DNA from: an uncultured Clostridia bacterium
GTDB taxonomy: Bacteria; Bacillota; Clostridia; Christensenellales; UBA1242
Length of the DNA: 46,347 bases
Assembly (NCBI GenBank): GCA_947589655.1
Contig: CANQCE010000001.1
Span: 1 to 46,347, forward strand
Direction: 5' to 3'
Numbering within the stretch: the first letter of the stretch is position 1; the number at the start of each line of letters is the position of its first letter. The translations under genes were made by a program, and so were the position numbers. The notes under the pieces are model-generated. The model searched no databases. It was not told the DNA's origin and saw only the letters and a list, made by a program, of their open reading frames with translations. Shown here one piece after another: positions 42,641 to 46,347 of this stretch.

Positions 42641-43333
42641 ATGCAGTTTTTAAGCGAAATTTTTAGAAAAAACGATATAATTATCAACAAAAATCAAGAA
42701 AATCAATTTGATTTGTTTTTTCATTACCTTGTTCAAGAGAACGAAAAATTCAACCTTACCGCAATAACTGACGAGCGCGAAGTTGTGGTAAAGCATTTCT
42801 TGGACAGTGTGTTGCCGGCAGACCAAATTCCACAAAACGCAAAAGTGGTGGACATTGGCAGCGGTGCAGGTTTTCCAGCCGTTCCATTAAAGATTGTTCG
42901 CCCTGACATTGATTTGTGTATGGTTGATAGCCTGAACAAGCGCGTGAATTTTTTAAATGAGGCAATCTCAATGTTAAATTTAACCAAAACTCGCGCAATA
43001 CACGCTCGCGCCGAAGATTTTGCACAAAAAAATCGCGAAACTTTTGATATCGCCGTTGCCAGAGCCGTTGCCCCTTTAAACACGCTGGTGGAATATTTAC
43101 TCCCGCTTATAAAAATTGGCGGACAAGCAATCATTTACAAATCCTCAAAATTAGACGAAGAACTTGCCATTTCAAAAAACGCCATATCAATTTTGGGCGC
43201 AAAAGTGGAAAATTGTTTGGAGTTTAACATTGAAGATTTACAAAGAAGAATTTTGATATTAGAAAAAACAAACAAAACTCCTGCAAAATATCCTCGCGGA
43301 CAAAACAAACCAAAAACCAATCCGATTGTCTAA
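42641..43333 (+). CDS. rsmG: 16S rRNA (guanine527-N7)-methyltransferase RsmG (GidB)
   Basis: NLTAITDEREVVVKHFLDS, SAM motif VVDIGSGAGFPAVPLKI, ARAVAPL. Synteny after mnmG supports the call. Confidence 0.92.
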   Translation: MQFLSEIFRKNDIIINKNQENQFDLFFHYLVQENEKFNLTAITDEREVVVKHFLDSVLPADQIPQNAKVVDIGSGAGFPAVPLKIVRPDIDLCMVDSLNKRVNFLNEAISMLNLTKTRAIHARAEDFAQKNRETFDIAVARAVAPLNTLVEYLLPLIKIGGQAIIYKSSKLDEELAISKNAISILGAKVENCLEFNIEDLQRRILILEKTNKTPAKYPRGQNKPKTNPIV

Positions 43334-43462
43334 AAAAATTAAAAAAGTAAAGAAAAATTCATCAAATTTGCTATTTTTTATGTTTTTTATTGAATTTTCT
43401 TTATTTTTTTTTATCTTTATTGTATAATTTTATTGAATTTATTAAATTAAAAAGGATGAAAT

Positions 43463-44302
43463 ATGGGTAAAATTATTGCTTTTGCAAACCAAAAAGGTGG
43501 CGTTGGAAAAACCACAACCTGCATAAATGTTGCAACTTACATGGCACTTATGGGCAAAAAGGTTTTGCTTGTAGATGTTGACCCTCAAGGCAATGCAACA
43601 AGTGCCGTTGGCATAAATAAAACCAAAGAACTCAAAACAATTTACGACCTTATTGGCGGTGAAAGCGCTTATGACGAAGTAATACAGCCAACAATTGTAG
43701 AAAATTTGTATATCATTCCTTCAACAGTCGATTTGGCTGGCGCTGAGGTGGAACTTATACAAATTCCTCAACGAGAAAAGGTTATTAAGCGCATTTTGGA
43801 CGAAATAAAAGACGCATACGACTTTATTTTAATAGATTGTCCACCTTCGCTCGCCCTTATAACCGTGAACGCTTTAACGGCTGCCGACAGTTTGATTGTG
43901 CCTATTCAGTGCGAATTTTTTGCTCTGGAAGGCTTAACACAACTTATGAATACCGTGCGGCTTATAAAATATCATCTAAATCCAAATTTGGATATTGAAG
44001 GCGTTGTTATGACAATGAAAGACAAAAGATATAACCTTACAAATCAAGTCAGCAACGAAATTATCAAATTTTTCAACAAAAAGGTTTATTTAACAACCAT
44101 TCCAAGAAATATCCGTTTGGCAGAGGCGCCAAGCCATGGTTTGCCAGTTGCTTTATATGATGCAAATTCCAAAGGTGCCGAGGCATATCTCAGCCTTGCA
44201 GAAGAAATTTTAAAAAGAAATAAAACACCTTATAACAAAATTTCAAAGTTAAGAAAAATAAAATTTAAAGGAGGAAATGTAGAAGAAAATGGTGAACAAT
44301 AA
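43463..44302 (+). CDS. parA: chromosome partitioning ATPase ParA/Soj
   Basis: Deviant Walker A IAFANQKGGVGKTTT, DVDPQGNAT, ILIDCPPSL, TIPRNIRLAEAPSHG. Confidence 0.93.
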   Translation: MGKIIAFANQKGGVGKTTTCINVATYMALMGKKVLLVDVDPQGNATSAVGINKTKELKTIYDLIGGESAYDEVIQPTIVENLYIIPSTVDLAGAEVELIQIPQREKVIKRILDEIKDAYDFILIDCPPSLALITVNALTAADSLIVPIQCEFFALEGLTQLMNTVRLIKYHLNPNLDIEGVVMTMKDKRYNLTNQVSNEIIKFFNKKVYLTTIPRNIRLAEAPSHGLPVALYDANSKGAEAYLSLAEEILKRNKTPYNKISKLRKIKFKGGNVEENGEQ

Positions 44303-45233
44303 AGGATTAGGAAAAGGGCTAAACGCCTTATTTGGCATTTATGATGAGGATGATAGTTATAAAAACATAACTACACAAAAAGTGACCGAGGGTAATGGTG
44401 GTGTGCTTGAAATAGACATTACTAAGATAAAGCCAAACCCAAATCAGCCAAGAAAAAATTTTGATGAAGATGCTTTAAAAGAGCTTGCTGCTTCTATAAA
44501 GGTTCACGGCATAGTTCAGCCTATTGTGTTGAATAAACAACCAAATGGCGAATACATGATTATCGCCGGTGAACGTCGTTGGAGGGCCGCTCAACTTTGT
44601 GGGCTTACAAAAGTTCCTGCAATAGTTAAAAACTACACAGAAAAACAAATTAAAGAAATCAGTATTATCGAGAACCTTCAAAGGGAAGATTTAAACCCTG
44701 TAGAGGCAGCAAGAGCGATTAAACAACTCATGGATGAATACCACTTAACTCAAGAAGTTGTTTCAGAACGAATTGGCAAAAGCCGCTCAAACATTGCTAA
44801 CACTTTGCGATTGTTAACTTTATATCCAGACGTTGTGGATATGATTGAAAAAGGCAAACTTTCTGCTGGCCATGCAAGATGTTTGGTTGTTGTGGAAGAC
44901 CCAACCACGCAAATAAAATTGGCGCAAATGGTTGTAGATAAAAATTTAAGCGTGCGCGAACTTGAAAAAGCAGTTAAAAACTACACAAATCCTACAAAAA
45001 AAGTTGTAATAAAGCAAGAACAGTCAATAGAATTAAAAGAACTGATTGTTCAAATGCAAAAAACGTTTGCAACAAAAGTCTCCGCAATAGGCAATGACAG
45101 CAAAGGGCGAATTTATATAGATTATTATTCCAGAGACGATTTAGATAGAATAGCTGAATTGCTAGAATTGTTAAATAAAAAAGAAATGACCCTTCAAGAT
45201 TTACAAAACTACAATAGGCGCAAGGGAAAATAA
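44289..45233 (+). CDS. parB: chromosome partitioning protein ParB/Spo0J
   Basis: GLGKGLNALFG, PNPNQPRK, QPIVL, IIAGERRWRAAQLCG (arginine patch GERRxRA), HTH LTQEEVSERIGKSRSNIANTLRLL. It overlaps parA by 14 nt. Confidence 0.93.
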   Translation: MVNNKGLGKGLNALFGIYDEDDSYKNITTQKVTEGNGGVLEIDITKIKPNPNQPRKNFDEDALKELAASIKVHGIVQPIVLNKQPNGEYMIIAGERRWRAAQLCGLTKVPAIVKNYTEKQIKEISIIENLQREDLNPVEAARAIKQLMDEYHLTQEVVSERIGKSRSNIANTLRLLTLYPDVVDMIEKGKLSAGHARCLVVVEDPTTQIKLAQMVVDKNLSVRELEKAVKNYTNPTKKVVIKQEQSIELKELIVQMQKTFATKVSAIGNDSKGRIYIDYYSRDDLDRIAELLELLNKKEMTLQDLQNYNRRKGK

Positions 45234-45252
45234 TGAAAAAAAAGCAAAAAAA

Positions 45253-45268
45253 TGTTTCACGTGAAACA
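45253..45268. other. parS centromere site 1 (TGTTTCACGTGAAACA, perfect consensus)
   Basis: Exact match to the Firmicute parS consensus TGTTNCACGTGAAACA, about 20 nt after the parB stop. It is embedded in a 30-bp perfect palindrome AAAAAAATGTTTCAC/GTGAAACATTTTTTT. Confidence 0.9.
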
Positions 45269-45383
45269 TTTTTTTGTTAAAAAAGTGGCCCATAAACATT
45301 TCACAGGCCAATTTGCAAAAGTTTTTGTTTTTAAAACATCCAACGACATTCAAGCCCATACATAGAACAACCATAAGTTGAAA

Positions 45384-45399
45384 TGTTTCACGTGAAACA
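45384..45399. other. parS centromere site 2 (TGTTTCACGTGAAACA, perfect consensus)
   Basis: Second exact 16-bp parS, 131 bp downstream of the first (start to start) and about 75 nt upstream of the rubrerythrin start. Confidence 0.9.
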
Positions 45400-45474
45400 T
45401 TTTATTTTTAATTGACTAGTAGGGGCAGTTTATTCTATAATTATTATGTTCTAAATTACAAATGGAGGTATTAT

Positions 45475-46020
45475 ATGAAACAATCACTTAAAGGCACAAA
45501 AACAGAGCAAAATCTCATGGAGGCATTTGCTGGAGAAAGCCAAGCTAGAAACAAGTATACTTTTTATGCTTCGCAAGCAAAAAAGGACGGCTACGAACAG
45601 ATTGCAGAAATCTTTTCAACAACAGCAGACAATGAAAAAGAGCACGCAAAACTTTGGTTCAAAGAATTGCACGGCGGTGCTGTGCCATCAACCGTTGAAA
45701 ATCTGTTAGATGCAGCGGCAGGAGAGCATGGCGAGTGGACACAAATGTATAAGAGAATGGCTGCCGAGGCTAGAGAAGAAGGCTTTGCTAATATAGCATA
45801 TAAATTTGAAGCGGTTGCCGCTATAGAAAAACGCCATGAAGAAAGATACAAAAAACTGTCCAAATTGATAGCCGAAAAGAAAGTCTTCCAAAAATCAACT
45901 AAAAAGATGTGGATTTGCAGAAACTGCGGACATATCCACGTTGGAGACTCTGCCCCAGAGGTTTGCCCAGTGTGCAACCATCCAAAGGCATTCTTTGAAG
46001 TTTTTAACGAACAATTTTAA
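45475..46020 (+). CDS. rbr: rubrerythrin (diiron domain plus C-terminal rubredoxin-like domain)
   Basis: The ATG at 45475 follows GGAGG. LKGTKTEQNLMEAFAGESQARNKYTFYA, DNEKEHAKLWF, AAAGEHGEW, EKRHEERY, and C-terminal CRNCGH...CPVCNHP. Confidence 0.92.
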   Translation: MKQSLKGTKTEQNLMEAFAGESQARNKYTFYASQAKKDGYEQIAEIFSTTADNEKEHAKLWFKELHGGAVPSTVENLLDAAAGEHGEWTQMYKRMAAEAREEGFANIAYKFEAVAAIEKRHEERYKKLSKLIAEKKVFQKSTKKMWICRNCGHIHVGDSAPEVCPVCNHPKAFFEVFNEQF

Positions 46021-46063
46021 TTTATTCATACAACCAATTTTAATTTCTTCATACAATTAATTT

Positions 46064-46091
46064 AAAAAAGACGGCGCAAAGCCGTCTTTTT
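46064..46091 (+). terminator. rho-independent terminator after rbr
   Basis: Stem GACGGC (46070-46075), loop gcaaa, stem GCCGTC (46081-46086), then TTTTT. Confidence 0.75.
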
Positions 46092-46133
46092 AGTTATGTT
46101 ATCATGATAAAACCGACATAAATAAGCACAAAT

Positions 46134-46166
46134 TTAAAAAAATCAGCAAAGAATGTTTGCCGATTT
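46134..46166 (-). terminator. probable terminator of the truncated minus-strand gene at the window end
   Basis: Imperfect 9-bp stem ATCAGCAAA (46142-46150) / TTTGCCGAT (46156-46164) with one mismatch. On the minus strand a T-run follows it. Confidence 0.45.
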
Positions 46167-46170
46167 TTAT

Positions 46171-46347
46171 TTAATCAAAGAAAGGGTCATGTTTGTATAA
46201 ATCAAGAAGGAAGAATTCGGTAACTAGGCGTATAAGTTCCCCAGCGGTTGGCTTTTCGTCAATGCCATACAGGTTTGCCCCAAACATTTTGTTCAGAGCG
46301 GCAAAACTTTTGGTAAACGCTGTGTTGTCTATTGCTGAACGGATGCT
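46171..46347 (-). CDS. C-terminal 58 codons of an unidentified protein (5' part lies outside the window)
   Basis: The minus-strand frame is open from the window edge to the TAA at 46171-46173. It translates to SIRSAIDNTAFTKSFAALNKMFGANLYGIDEKPTAGELIRLVTEFFLLDLYKHDPFFD*. No family recognised. Confidence 0.5.
   Translation of the reverse strand, partial: SIRSAIDNTAFTKSFAALNKMFGANLYGIDEKPTAGELIRLVTEFFLLDLYKHDPFFD

Noticed and set aside
1-46347. Search for rRNA/tRNA genes, CRISPR arrays, transposases/integrases, prophage or toxin-antitoxin pairs
   Set aside because: No intergenic region exceeds about 300 bp. No direct-repeat/spacer pattern, no cloverleaf-like GC-rich segment and no transposase, recombinase or integrase motif was seen in any ORF.

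Overview
All family calls below come from reading motifs by eye; no database search or structure prediction was run. This is a 46.3 kb chromosomal window from a low-GC Gram-positive, probably anaerobic, spore-forming Clostridia-like bacterium. Supporting genes are yabP-yabQ, pyruvate formate-lyase pflB/pflA, rubrerythrin and an LtaS-family enzyme. The right end carries the origin-proximal partition string mnmE-mnmG-rsmG-parA-parB, followed by two perfect parS palindromes. The left end has a partial metal-efflux P-type ATPase with its ArsR/SmtB repressor and two tandem operators, then folD, an orphan C39-like peptidase, and an 11.5 kb gene for a roughly 3,840-aa surface lipoprotein. The middle holds housekeeping genes: an RluA-family pseudouridine synthase broken by one in-frame TAA, cvpA, pflAB and a heterodimeric ABC exporter pair. 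The main finding is a tightly coupled seven-gene minus-strand operon at 27691-35423. It encodes a YdjI-like SPFH protein with two zinc ribbons, a membrane-anchored protein and a TPR protein. It also encodes two roughly 200-aa Snf7/CHMP-like (ESCRT-III superfamily) proteins and a Vps4-like meiotic-clade AAA ATPase with an MIT-like N-terminus. The last gene encodes a 1,250-aa zinc-ribbon/TPR/3-TM protein with an extracellular GLUG-repeat domain. I read this as a candidate bacterial ESCRT-III/Vps4-type membrane-remodelling system. No rRNA, tRNA, CRISPR array or mobile element was seen.
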